From Bispira polyomma (lineage: Eukaryota), in assembly GCA_965649765.1 (NCBI GenBank), contig OZ287754.1, positions 35,898,001 to 35,962,000 on the forward strand: a stretch of DNA of 64,000 nucleotides, in the 5' to 3' direction. Shown here in pieces: positions 38,260 to 50,554 of the stretch (positions are counted from its first letter, which is position 1; each line of letters starts with the position of its first letter). Under the pieces are notes generated by a model that was given only the letters and a program-made list of their open reading frames with translations, had not been told where the DNA came from and did no database searches. The position numbers were made by a program, and so were the translations under genes.

Positions 38260-39615
38260 ATGGGAAGAGCAAGAAAATGACAAGTAACACAACAGGGAGC
38301 ATCCTGTTCTAGATGCAATATTATTCACCCGAGGCCAGTAGGTAACAGATGCACAAGGAAAACTAATTTGCAGCAAACTGACATAGAGGTACAATTAACG
38401 GACGAGGACAACAATAGCGTCATCTCAGAAGGACAAAGCATAGCAGCCGTAAGTACTGATAACATTTACCAGTCCCTTTTTGAGAGACAGTCTGTAATGA
38501 TGGAGTCCATACTAAAATCAGTCACAAAGCTAGAGAGTGACGTCTCAGGTTTTAAAGCTAGAGAAGTTAAGTCGTTACCGCAGAGCAACCCAGTGACGGT
38601 CCCCCTCGTCAGTTCTTTAACTCAAGCTAACCTCGACATGCACTCGAGGCCAACACCAGTTTCTAGAATACGCAGAACAACAAATCACAACGGTCACATG
38701 CAGGACACCCCGGCCACACAACAAGTACACTCGCTAGCAGCACCAAACGCTGCCTTACTGCCAACTCCCAGGCATTATGGGATTATAGAGGCACACACGA
38801 CTACTCCTCTGCAGTTAAGCGCTGGTCATACCACACACACACACACCACACACGACTGAACCAACAGTACCTCATACACATGATGCCATACCACCTTCAA
38901 TGGATATTCTACGCCATTCAACTCTTATACAGAATGAAGTCAATCAACGACTTGCACAGTACGAGACATGGGCTACAGAAAACAACTTGCAGGGTAAGCT
39001 TTTGTCTAAGAAAAAGTCAGGAAGATTTAACGTCTCTGAGGTTTGCACTTCAGACCCATCACTGCGATGGCCCAACGAAGGGTGCCTAGCAGGGGTAGGT
39101 AGAAAACGCATAATGTATGACGACGTGCGGTCACTCAATTCACCGCCGGGCAAATACAAAACTCCCTCGAAACTAAGCACCCTGTCGTATCTCGAGCCAT
39201 GCTAAAGCAACTCGCGGATACACTAAAAGATTCGGCTAATATCTCATGGCATGTTGCACAAGGAGCTTATGCTAGCAACATGCACGACATCGAGGAAGGA
39301 CGCCTAACTTGGACAGACGACACAAAATGGACCATGAATAGGTTATCCTATTCACAGGTGCTTATATCCAATTCCACTTCCACCCTCAAGGGCACATCAA
39401 CGGGAAATGGCAGCAGTAAGAAGGAAATGCCATGCAGGTATTTCCAGCGCAACCAATGCCAACATAAGGCCGACCACGAATCCGCCACGATGTCGTTCCG
39501 TCATATTTGCGCACATTGCTATAAGCTCAATAAACGAGCCAACCCACACCCAGAGATGAAATGCTACAAGCTACACGGAAAACCAGATTCCACAGCTCCA
39601 GCAACCACACAATAG
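38260..39615 (+). pseudogene. B gag-like ORF (frameshifted), with a C-terminal Cys/His zinc-binding cluster
   Basis: RWPNEG, SWHVAQGAYA..IEEGRLTW, CRYFQRNQC..H..HICAHC..HPEMKC; homologous blocks in A and C. Confidence 0.8.
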
Positions 39616-40066
39616 GCACCAGGGCTGACAACAGTGACCACTGACAGAGTACACAACAAGTTTCATTATTGGTATAAAGGTAGTAACGAAAGTAATTATA
39701 AGGTTGACAGTAATAAAAATAATTTTGGAAAAAATTGTAATAGGAACAATTGTGAGCATTATGTTTCTGAACAAAAAATGGTTTATTTAAAGAGAAATGA
39801 CATAAAACAGACAGAGTTCAAATAACAGAACTCTGGTTAATGAGACGTTAAGTGAAAATACAAATGGGTATATAACAGGTTCAGATAACAGAACCTTAGT
39901 TGAAGAAACACTGAATAGAGACACAAGGCTGTGGGTTGATAATAGTAATCAGGCTTCAGGCAATGATCATACGAATAGTAATACAAGTAATGGGTACAGT
40001 GAAACTGATAACACTGTTTTAGGATGTGATAATAAGAAGCTAAACATCAGGGGTAATGATGGTAAA

Positions 40067-42502
40067 TTGAACTCAGTAGTTAATCACTGTGATACAAGAT
40101 CTGTAGATCAATGTACTAATATACCTAACACATCCTATAGGTATACTAACCATGTACAGAAGCAGTTATATAACAACTATGTGTCTAACAGTACAGTGCA
40201 CTCGACAAAGATAGAGAGTAGCAACTGTGAATGTCATACTATTGATCTATATGCTAGTATGTGTAAAACAATTCATGGTGATAGCATATATTATGTAAGG
40301 GGCATAAAAGACCCCCATATTACAGGCATATATTGCAACAGACAAACAGACAGCACAAATACTCTTCACAGACTAAAAACAGTCATGTACGTCAACACCA
40401 CAACACTCACAGTCCAACCAAATAATACACGACAACACATACAAAAACTCGTGGACAAAACACACACACGGACAAAAATCAAGAGTACACATTATTACAC
40501 AGAGATGATTGATAGCATATGTAAAAGAGACATAAGAAACCACTCACGTCAGGATACAAATCTTGGGATGGGAAAACACACAATCACACAACATATAACA
40601 CACAAACAGACAGAACATGCAGTCCTAGACAGTACATCGACTGTTGAGTTAAATACTGATGTCATAAATGACGCACAAGCAGTATTAAACAGTTTCATAA
40701 ATAATGACAAGCATGACGAGATAGGAAAGACAGACAGTACTTCAGACAAACGAACAGACGACAATGAGAGAGACTATGGGTTTAAACCGAATGATAATAA
40801 ATTCACATTTATTGGCCCGGACAGAGAAGCTGTCACTTTAAATGATTACGACACGCTGATTAAAGTCGCAGAAATAATAAAAGCTACTGGAGTACCAAAT
40901 TATCAGAAAGCGAGAATCCCAATAAAAAGCGACCTCAATATATCGAACTGGAAGAAATATTTAAAAAACTACTGTGATAAAACTTTGATAGAATATTTAC
41001 AATTTGGTTTCCCTATATCTCTATATGATAGAGACAGGGTCAACGTACAATCAGTAGATAACCACCATTCGGCCCAAATTTACCCAGATGACATAAACAG
41101 CTATTTTGAGACAGAGGTAGAAAGAGGCGCCATACTTGGCCCCATACAAGGCAATATACATAAAGAGTGCCACTTCTCACCTTTGCTAACGCGTCCGAAA
41201 GACAACAATAAGCGAAGATTAATACTGAACCTTTCACACCCCACGGGTCATTCAGTAAACGATTGTACTATAAAAAACAGCTATGATGGCACCCCCTTTC
41301 AATTGACCTTGCCGACAATTGACCAAATTACCACACATTTAAAGACATTAGGAAGTAAAGGCATGTTAGCGAAGGTCGACATAGCCCACGCGTTTCGAAA
41401 TTTAAAAATAGATCCTTACGACTCCCTCAAACTAGGTTATCAATGGAATAATAACTGTTACTTAGATTTAAGTGTAGCCTTCAGGTTAACACACGGAACG
41501 GCCATCTTTATGAAGGCCTCAGATGCAGTAACATATATAATGAAAGTACGCAGCTTTAAAGTATGGAACTACATAAACGATTTTATCATTTGCGAAACTA
41601 AAGATAAGGCTACCTTAGCCTATGAATTTCTGCAAAAAATCCTTCGCGAACTAGGTCTCCCAATTAATGAAAAGAAACTCGTCCCTCCCAGCAAGCGCGT
41701 CACCTGCATGGGTATTACAATAGATGTAGATCAGGAAACACTAGGAATAGATGACGACAAATTACTTTTTATTTATGGAACATGCACCGAATTTAAAGCG
41801 CTAAAGAAAACTAATAAACATAAATACCAGTCACTCCTGGGTAAACTGCTTTATGTACACAGGTGCATCAAGCCTGCACATGTATTTGTGAATAGAATGC
41901 TGACTTTGCTACGGGAGTCCAAAAGTGACACCAAAATAAAATTAACAGAAGAATTCCATAAGGACTTAAAATGGTTCCTAACTTTCCTTCTGGATTATAA
42001 TGGTAAAACCAAATATAATTTGGATAATGAAAATAAAGAAATAGCATTATATGTTGACGCATGTTTATCGGGAATAGGAGGCGCATGGGGTAGAAATGTC
42101 TACAGAGCACCTTTGCCTATGTATATTACTGAAACGTTGACAATCGTACATTTTGAAATGTTGAGTGTATTCATCGCATTACGATTATGGGGTGAACTCT
42201 GGAAAAACAAACAGATCACCATAAAATCGGATAACATGGCAGTGGTTTCTGTTGTGCAGTCCTCACGTACTAGAGATAAATATCTAAGTTTATGCTTAAG
42301 AAACATATGGCTGATATGTGCAAAATATAATATAAACATACTAATAGAACACATACCAGGAAAATTAAATATACTCGCAGACACCTTGTCTAGATGGCAG
42401 GAGCTAGGACCGCAGGCCTATAATATCAGAAGTCTAATAAATGCAAATTTCAAATATACTGACGTGACAACAGACATGTTTATAATGAATAATTTTGTTT
42501 AA
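40067..42502 (+). CDS. B pol: RT + RNase H (catalytic YIDD changed to YIND, likely inactive)
   Basis: 811-aa ORF: FGFP, RLILNLS, KVDIAHAFR, YIND, YVDAC, FEM, SDN, ADTLSR. Confidence 0.93.
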   Translation: MNSVVNHCDTRSVDQCTNIPNTSYRYTNHVQKQLYNNYVSNSTVHSTKIESSNCECHTIDLYASMCKTIHGDSIYYVRGIKDPHITGIYCNRQTDSTNTLHRLKTVMYVNTTTLTVQPNNTRQHIQKLVDKTHTRTKIKSTHYYTEMIDSICKRDIRNHSRQDTNLGMGKHTITQHITHKQTEHAVLDSTSTVELNTDVINDAQAVLNSFINNDKHDEIGKTDSTSDKRTDDNERDYGFKPNDNKFTFIGPDREAVTLNDYDTLIKVAEIIKATGVPNYQKARIPIKSDLNISNWKKYLKNYCDKTLIEYLQFGFPISLYDRDRVNVQSVDNHHSAQIYPDDINSYFETEVERGAILGPIQGNIHKECHFSPLLTRPKDNNKRRLILNLSHPTGHSVNDCTIKNSYDGTPFQLTLPTIDQITTHLKTLGSKGMLAKVDIAHAFRNLKIDPYDSLKLGYQWNNNCYLDLSVAFRLTHGTAIFMKASDAVTYIMKVRSFKVWNYINDFIICETKDKATLAYEFLQKILRELGLPINEKKLVPPSKRVTCMGITIDVDQETLGIDDDKLLFIYGTCTEFKALKKTNKHKYQSLLGKLLYVHRCIKPAHVFVNRMLTLLRESKSDTKIKLTEEFHKDLKWFLTFLLDYNGKTKYNLDNENKEIALYVDACLSGIGGAWGRNVYRAPLPMYITETLTIVHFEMLSVFIALRLWGELWKNKQITIKSDNMAVVSVVQSSRTRDKYLSLCLRNIWLICAKYNINILIEHIPGKLNILADTLSRWQELGPQAYNIRSLINANFKYTDVTTDMFIMNNFV

Positions 42503-42507
42503 TTTAG

Positions 42508-43487
42508 GGACATCTGACTCAGCCAGATCATTGCTGGAGAAAGCAATGAAACGACTACAACAGACGCACAGACCTCGGATGCAGAAAGCCTACAATAACC
42601 AATTTAGATTGTTCATTGCCTTCACAGTATACTGCCGACTACAGGATTCTTTTAGCTTTGCATCTGTGATTTCTTTCATGGAATACTTACAAGAAAATAA
42701 CATTTCTTACAAGGTAATTAACAATTACCTCTCAGCCATCAGGTTTAATTGCAAATTACTTAACATACTTGACACGGGTCTGTATGACCCCAGAATTGCA
42801 CTATACCAGAGATCATTAGAAATCAACTCTGAGTTTGCCCCCAAGGTCAAAAGCATCTTCGACCTGAAACAAATGCAACAAATTTCTATGACATGTGAAA
42901 CTTTATACTGTCCAGAACTATTCAGGACAGCTTTTCTATTTGCTTATTTCGGAATTCTGAGAATTTCAAACCTCACTCCCACCTCAGGGGCAAACTTTGA
43001 TCCTACACGTCACATCACCATCTCTGACGTCATCTTAGCACCACCAGGCATTCACCTTATCCTAAAGTGGAGCAAAACAAATCAAACCAGAAACTCACCA
43101 AACATCATCCAACTACCAAAACTTAACAACCCTTGGCTCTGCCCAGTCAGAGCCTTCACTTCTTTTCAACAAAAATTCTCATTAAAACCACAGAATCCTT
43201 TATTGGCAGACCCAGCACAAAAAGGCATATGTGTTTCAGATACAAAACTAAGGGAACACCTCAGAAGAGTACTAACTACTTTAAATATTCCTAGAGAAGG
43301 CCACTCTTTTCATTGCTTTAGAAGGTCAGGGGCATCCCTGGCCTTCAACAATAATATAAAGCTACAACACATACAAAAACACGGATGCTGGAAATCTGAC
43401 GCTGTTTGGTCATACTTAGAATCAACTTCCCATGCCTCATCTATCATTCCTTCTACTTTTGCCGCCATCATACCTCCTTCACTGTAA
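42508..43487 (+). CDS. B tyrosine recombinase, open frame
   Basis: N-terminal SAM-like integrase region, YFGILRISN, KWSKTNQ, LCPV, HCFRRSGAS, HGCW, WSY. Confidence 0.95.
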
Positions 43488-44756
43488 TTTTGGCTTTGGC
43501 ATTCCTTTTTTAATTTTAACATGGCTTAAAATTTGTGTACAGATGTATATAGAGGCAAAAACTTTATGCCTTAAAATAAATATCCCAAACAGAGTCAGAG
43601 TCTTTTCCAACATCCAAGGTCAACCATCCACTGATCATGCATCAGAGTTAACCTTACCTGACTCGAAGGTCACACTCATAGGCTTGTGACATAGACTGAT
43701 TCGCCCATCTTACTTTGGGATTACTTGTGGGAATGTCGTAAGGGGTTTGTACCTTGGCTGAATGCCATCTGAGCTTGTAGGTTGTATTCGGCGAATTTCT
43801 CATTCACCATGGCTTGAACGTCAGGGAGTGTCCGCAGTACATCGGCCTTCGGCATGATCCCGTCACGAGTTATAGGTTGAAGCACTGTGAAGCCCGGCTG
43901 CTTGTGCTGGTAGCTGAGCCGTGGTCCCTGCTGGCAACGCGATCTGAGGGGCAGTATGCTGTGAAACCATGCTGCTGACTGCACCTGTGTTAAGGCCCAT
44001 CGGGGCTACCATAGGTAGTACTGGAATGCTGCCCGTTGAGGGTGATTGAGAAGCAGTACACTGCTGAGGTGCGTTTCAAGCCGACACCTGGATACCCGAG
44101 TCCCTTGCTTCTACACGGGCCAATCTTTGACCCAAAACCGTGTTTGACTCTTCTAACCGTTTTAATATGGCCAACATCTGGGATGTACTATCGTCTCACA
44201 TGGAAGGGTTGGTAACATGGATCAGAGTCGTTTCTGGGGATGCATGCTGTGAAGCCTGCGCGAACAGGATACTGAGGTCGGTAACTAAGCTGTCAAAGAC
44301 ATGGCTATTCTTACCCATTCTTTTAGTAGTGCTTTTCTTTGATGTCAACTTCTTAGCCTTGCCGTCTGTGGCTGGAGTTTTAGTGGTACGAGTTCTCCCC
44401 ATATTGATATAATGAACACATAAAATATATAGTGTAATAAAAACAAACTAAAATACTAAAATCGAAGGAAGCAATCAGAGCCTTCATTAACTTGGCAAAT
44501 ATTTTTGTGTGTGTTCATCTGTTGCTTCCTTATTCCAATATGGATGCCCAATGATACCCAAAGGTTAAACTTTGGGGGGGGAATGTCCCTGATTGGCTGC
44601 ATGGTCACATGCTAGCCAAATAATAGTAATGCCCCTATTCGCTAGGGATGCTAGCCAAATAATAGTAATGCCCCTATTCGCTAGGGGTTAAGGTAGATGT
44701 TAATATTTCTGTTGGGTGAACTGAATTAGCAGACCCCTATTGGGTCGTGCTTTTCA

Positions 44757-47700
44757 CAGTTCTCCTTGGTAAAATTGGAAGGTCAAGGTTATGATAAGTT
44801 TCAGTTTAAGTAGTATAAGATTTCAGTTAATAATTCTAGGTTTGAGGTATTTATTTTCTGTACATTGTTAATCAGATATGTATGTACAAGTAGGGATAAA
44901 ATAGGAAATTTTTTTAAAAATTTACAATTTTTAAAAACACCCAAGCCAAACTAAAATTAGGGTATAGAGGAGGCAAAGGTGAGAGGAACAGCAGAAATGG
45001 CATCGGAATTATGATGAAGATAGGACCATACTGCAGATAACCTCCAAAGGCCATGGGCTATTATGTTTTGAAGGGATACATTGTTATTGAAGGCAAATGT
45101 AGCCCCTGACCTTCTAAAAGTGTGAAATGTGTGTTCCTTAAGTGAAATACCTATGTGTGTAAGGACTGTGGCCAAGGCTTAACGGACATGTGATTCTATA
45201 ACTGGGAAATAAGGTGGGGATGAAGTAAACAAGTGGGGCCTCTGGCGAAAGTGGCCGAGATTGTAGTAGCTTTCTAAGGGCCTCTACTGGGCACAATGTT
45301 ATATTTTTTAATGAAGGGATTTGTAGAACATGGAATTGGGACCTATTTTGAAGGTTCTTTGCCCACTTCAAGATGAGGTGGGCGCCAGGGTGGCCAAACA
45401 CAATGTCCTTTCTTAAAAAGTGACGTGTTGGGTCAAATTTTGACCTTGAGTGTGGAGCTATATTCGAGATTCGGAGAAATCCGAAGAAAGCCATCATAAA
45501 AATTTCCCTGTATAGTAAAGGGTCATTGAGGATGTCACATGCTTTGAAAATAAGTATCAAATGGTGAATTTGGAAAATCCCCTTTGGGGAGAGAGTGAAA
45601 GGTGAGGTATGTGTTAGGCTTCTGGTGAATAGAGCCACAGTGTTATTCTGTAATATATTAATGTCCCAGTGGAATTTAGCAGGCATGTGTTTTATGGAAG
45701 CTATGTCATTGTTCACCATGTTCACAGATGAACCTGTCTGTACCAAATACTCTAGAAAAGAGATGAAAGAGTGAGTAGTGATGGTTTGTATTCCAGCATA
45801 GCAGTTAAAAGCAATGAAAGTTCTAAACTGGTTCTTGTAAGTTGCTGTGGTCTTAAAACGAAGGGCACTGTTAATTCTCTGCCATGCTGATGCTGTGAAA
45901 TTCTGAGTGACGTGGTTTTCACCTGTAATTATATATTAAGACTTAGATGAAAATAATGCAATGGAATGTTCAGCCAAGTACATGAGTCCCTTATGATGTT
46001 AATCAGACCCTTGTGAGGTGGGTTGTCAGAGAATAACCTTGATAACAAATCGGCTGTAGTGTTCTTTTTCCCCTCAATATGTCTGATATCAATAGTGATG
46101 TCATAAATTGCTGAAATTAACCAAATGTTTCTCAAACAGAGTGCCAAAAATTCATCCTTAGTTTTGTTGGACTTAACTACTAGGAATACAGCCATGTTGT
46201 CACAATGTAAGACTATGCGTTTATTAAGGTTTGGCCCCGCTGTTGTTTCTGAATGCCATCAACAATCTGTTGATGAAAACCCTGGCAGGCTTAACACATT
46301 TGTGTATGTAAAGCAAATTACCGAGTATCGACTGAAATTTAATAAGCGATATCCAACTTTTGTCTTTAATCTTTTCTGGTGTAATACTTATTGTGCCTTC
46401 ATCAATGTCAATATCTATGCCAAGGCAGGTAATTCTTGAACTAGGTTTTGAAATTTTTTCCGGATTAAGAGGAAAACCCAAACTGGTGACTAATTCATAC
46501 AATTCATCGAACGCTTTATCTGCTTGGCCGGAAGTTGAGACCCTGATGTAGTCGTCTACATAGCAGAAGATCTTATGGTTGTTCTTGTTTAAGATGTGAG
46601 CTATGACATCAGAGCAACGCTGAAACGCTGCCGAGCCGTGGACCCAGCCGAATGCAACCGCAGGATCGATATACTTGTTATTCTCAAAATGAATACTTAA
46701 TTTCATGGCGTCGACTGGGTACACCCTTAGGTTTCGAAACGCGTGTGCCACGTCGACAAAGTCGACCCCATCAAATTTCACTTTGTCGACGTTATCATTA
46801 ACCAAGCCGTCTTGCGGATGTGAAAGGTTTAAAATAACACGCCTTTTGTCCTTATCTTTAGGTCTGGTGAGCAGTGGGGAGCAGTGAAACAGTTGTGGTC
46901 TATTGACGGACTAGGGCTTAGCATAGCTCCACATTGTTTCTCTTTATGTAAATATTTCTTAATAGCTTCCTTATGTTGGAGGGCAGAATGATGATTGTTT
47001 CTTTAACTTGTAAACTGTCATGATTCTGTAGAGATAGGGGAAATCCGAATTTTATGTACTGGATGAGTAATTCACCTGGATAACTACTTAAAACCTCTTT
47101 CCAGGCCTGAACGTTTAAACCTGAAACCAAAGGAATTCTAGCCCTCCTATAGCTAGGACATTCCGTATCCTTAATTATGTTTGCTATATCTGACATTTGT
47201 TGTATAGACGTGATGTGTACTGGAACCTTGTCAGGGCCTATGAATTGAAAATCAGTTTCTGAAGTGGTCAAGAAACCTCTTGTTTTATGGGGAAAGTTGA
47301 CGTCCCTAACTGGGTAAGCATGCCTAACAATGTCATATGAATCAATTTTCAGAAAGTTTTCGAAGAAGTCGCACGCCGCCTTACCTTTGTGACAGGGTTT
47401 AACTGTCTTGACCATTGGTGGTCTGTCATTACTGACTACATCAACTTTATCAACATTTAAATCTAGTAACAATTTGTCAATAATACCTATTATGTGTTCT
47501 GTTTAATTGACATTATATTTATCCTTACAATTAATGTCTTTCTGGTTGTCATGCCAGGCATTTATAGCCAACCTTTTGTCAACCTTGTCAACAAATTCGA
47601 CCCTATAATTGCTATCTTTGTGTACTAGTAGTTGGTAGGAATAAACCCAAGTCGTATAGCATTCAATGATGTTGATGCAACCTGCCGGTGGATGGTCACA

Positions 47701-50059
47701 TTTTAAATATTGGTCACATTGATCTATAATATCGTCCCCCAAAATATAAAATCCAGACAGTTCTGTCTGTTCACATTGTATGTGGGCCACAACTGAATTG
47801 TGGTTTCTTTCCGGTGTGTGATATAACCAATTGGTCACAGAGACAACAATTTTTATATTAGGCCCCTCAGGGCTACCATACCCAAGCTTGTCGCTATCAA
47901 CATTATTTAAACTTATGTAATGACTTTTAACCAGTTCCATGTTGATACAATTACCTGCACCAGCAGTATAATTATCCGTTTGGATATGCTTCTCATAACT
48001 CGAGTTCAGTTTATCTGTGTAAATACTATGGTTAGAATTATATTCAACCCCACTGGAATACTTCTTCTTTCCCATGGCAGTGTTTTGAAAACAACCCAAG
48101 TATTCGTCAGTATCATTACTGCACTCTGTGTTTGGGGAAAACCCCGACAGATCACTACTAGTGGCTGTGCTTACAGAGCGTGACAGTCCTGTTCTCCTTC
48201 CTGACCCCATCATTATACTGCCAGAGCTCAGTACCCATTACATTAGTGATGTCATTATGACCACAATCAAATTCACATTAGTGTCAAATACAGTGTTAAC
48301 TAAATTCTCCAAGTTAGTACCTTTTGCTACATGTATCTTAGCTGTACTTAACGAGTTAATATTGACATTTTGATTCTAGCCTGTCATTAATCACTGTAGC
48401 AGGTATTTGACTGACAATCTGTTCAGGTATATTATCCAACGAGTTCATATTAATACTAGCTTTAAACATGTTATTTACTGCTTTGACTGGTAATTTATCA
48501 GCCAGTTCACATTTCATTTCATTACATAATTTATTCTCATTTTCAACTAGTAATAATTGATCTACCAATTTATTGCTTAACTTTCAAACTTAAGCCTACT
48601 GTTAATAATTTGAGTTCCTAGTCCTAGTAGTCGTCCTACGTCCTAGCGGTTAGACACCTGAGCCGGATCCGCCTGCTTGGCTGAATTAGCTTTGTAACAT
48701 TTTAACTCCGGATGGTATATGTCTTTGTGTAAAACAGTGGCACAATGCCAACAGACATGCTTCAAACTATATAAAATTATATAATTTGCAGATCTTTGTA
48801 GCCCTATGTGTGCTGGGGGTCGACCTAGTGGCCTTAGAGTTTGCCATAGCAAGTTGCGAAGCGCTGAGGCGATTGAGAGCCCACTGTGTGCTATCACCCC
48901 ACACCAATCTTTCTTCTTCCACCTCCGTCATACTGGTGGCCCAGGCTGTCCTAACAACCTCCCAGGGGAGTGAAGTTGCGTCCCAAAGTGCCAAAATAAC
49001 TTGTTGTATCATTTCTCTCGATATGGAGGTGTCCGTGACTTGCAGTGCATTAGCCAACTGGCCAGACGCCCACTGTGGTAGAGTTAAATTGTCAAAAATT
49101 GGTCGCTTGCACAAGGACCCGCCCGTCCACCCCTCATTCGCCCATCTTACTTTGGGATTACTTGTGGGAATGTCGTAAGGGGTTCTTACCTTGGCTGAAT
49201 GCCATCTGAGCTTGTAGGTTGTATTCGGCCACCATGCCCGGCTGCGTGTGCTGGTAGCTGAGCTTTTGTCCCTGCTGGCAACGCTATCTGAGGGGCAGTA
49301 TGCTGTGAAACCATGCTGCTGACTGCACCTGTGTTAAGGCCCATCGGGGCTACCATAGGTAGTACTGGAATGCTGCCCGTTGAGGGTGATTGAGAAGCAG
49401 TACACTGCTGAGGCGCGTTTGAAGTCGACACCTGGATACCCAAGTCCCTTGCTTCTACACGGGCCAATCTTTGACCCAAGACCGTGTTTGACTCTTTCAA
49501 CCTTTTCAATATGGCCAACATCTGGGATGTACTATCGTCTCGCATGGAAGGGTTGGTAACATGGATTTAAGTCGTTTCTGGGGATGCATGCTGCGAAACC
49601 TGCGCGAACAGGATACTGAGGTCGGTAACTAAGCTGTCATAGACATGGCTATTCTTACCCATTCTTTTAGTAGTGCTTTTCTTTGATGTCAACTTCTTAG
49701 CCTTGCCGTCTGTGGCTGGAGTTTTAGTGGTACGAGTTCTCTCCATATTGATATAATGAACACATAAAATATATAGTATAATAAAAACAAACTAAAATAC
49801 TAAAATCGAAGGAAGCAATCAGAGCCTTCATTAACTTGGCAAATATTTTTTGTGTGTTCATCTGTTGCTTCCTTATTCCAATATGGATGCCCAATGATAC
49901 CCAAAGGTTAAACTTTGGGGGGGAATGTCTCTGATTGGCTGCATGGTCACATGCTAGCCAAATAATAGTAATGCCCCTATTCGCTAGGGGTTAAGGTAGA
50001 TGTTAATATTTCTGTTGGGTGAACTGAATTAGCAGACCCCTATTGGGTCGTGCTATACA
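44757..50059 (-). mobile_element. YR retrotransposon family A, copy A2, head-to-tail with A1 (gag 49746-48643, pol about 48568-45929, YR 45922-44957; all disrupted)
   Basis: Near-identical to A1 throughout, with private indels. Confidence 0.93.
49930..49941 (-). promoter_or_regulatory. Candidate CCAAT box (CAGCCAATCAG) of family A; also near 44589-44600
   Basis: Matches the NF-Y consensus, upstream of gag in both copies; motif only. Confidence 0.4.
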
Positions 50060-50554
50060 AATGTTCAGTTAGATAGGCGTTTTTTGAAATTGTTCAGTGT
50101 TATAAAAAGTGATAATATTTGTGTCGTAACTTGTTTGTTCTTAGCATTAAATGGCAGTAGTTCAAGCCTATGTAATAGTATAAATAGACTGTGTTATAAA
50201 TATAACCTAAAAAAGGATCAAATAGGTTTTGTTGGTTTAAATTCAGCTAATGTATCCACTATTTTAAGTTCTCAGTTCAAAGAAGCAAATGTCAAAATTG
50301 CGGGAAAGATTATAGATTTAGAGATTCAAAAAGCACTATGCTTACTTTGTCTGAGATAAATGAAATGATCTGCTGTTCCTGTACAGACTATAATGTTTAG
50401 TCATAAGGTGTTTCCTTTTGTTTAAATTGTAATTGGTGTTTTTTTGTGTGTTTTCCCCCTACTTATCTGTTTAAATTGTACATTGTGTTTGTTATTTTTT
50501 TCTGTATTATTTTTTATGCATACGAGAATAAAGATTATTATTTTTATTATTATA
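50060..50554 (+). mobile_element. Right part and 3' end of the same LINE
   Basis: Removing 33785-50059 restores the frame LICEDFPI|NVQLDRRFLKLF; AATAAA plus (TTA)n tail near 50527-50554. Confidence 0.8.

Larger units (their letters stand above)
37974..43698 (+). mobile_element. YR retrotransposon family B, near full length, nested in A1 gag
   Basis: Empty site CCCTC^ATTCGCCC visible in A2 (about 49131-49143); gag, pol and YR in order; no TSD. Confidence 0.95.
33785..44756 (-). mobile_element. YR retrotransposon (DIRS order) family A, copy A1, interrupted by element B at 37973/43699
   Basis: gag-like 44402 to 37455 (split), RT/RNase H ending 34952, YR 34945-33990; collinear with copy A2. Confidence 0.92.

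Noticed and set aside
40067-43487. Prokaryotic RT + integrase system (retron, DGR or prophage)
   Set aside because: The RT has RNase H and DIRS-type motifs, is preceded by a gag-like ORF, and lies among spliceosomal introns and LINEs
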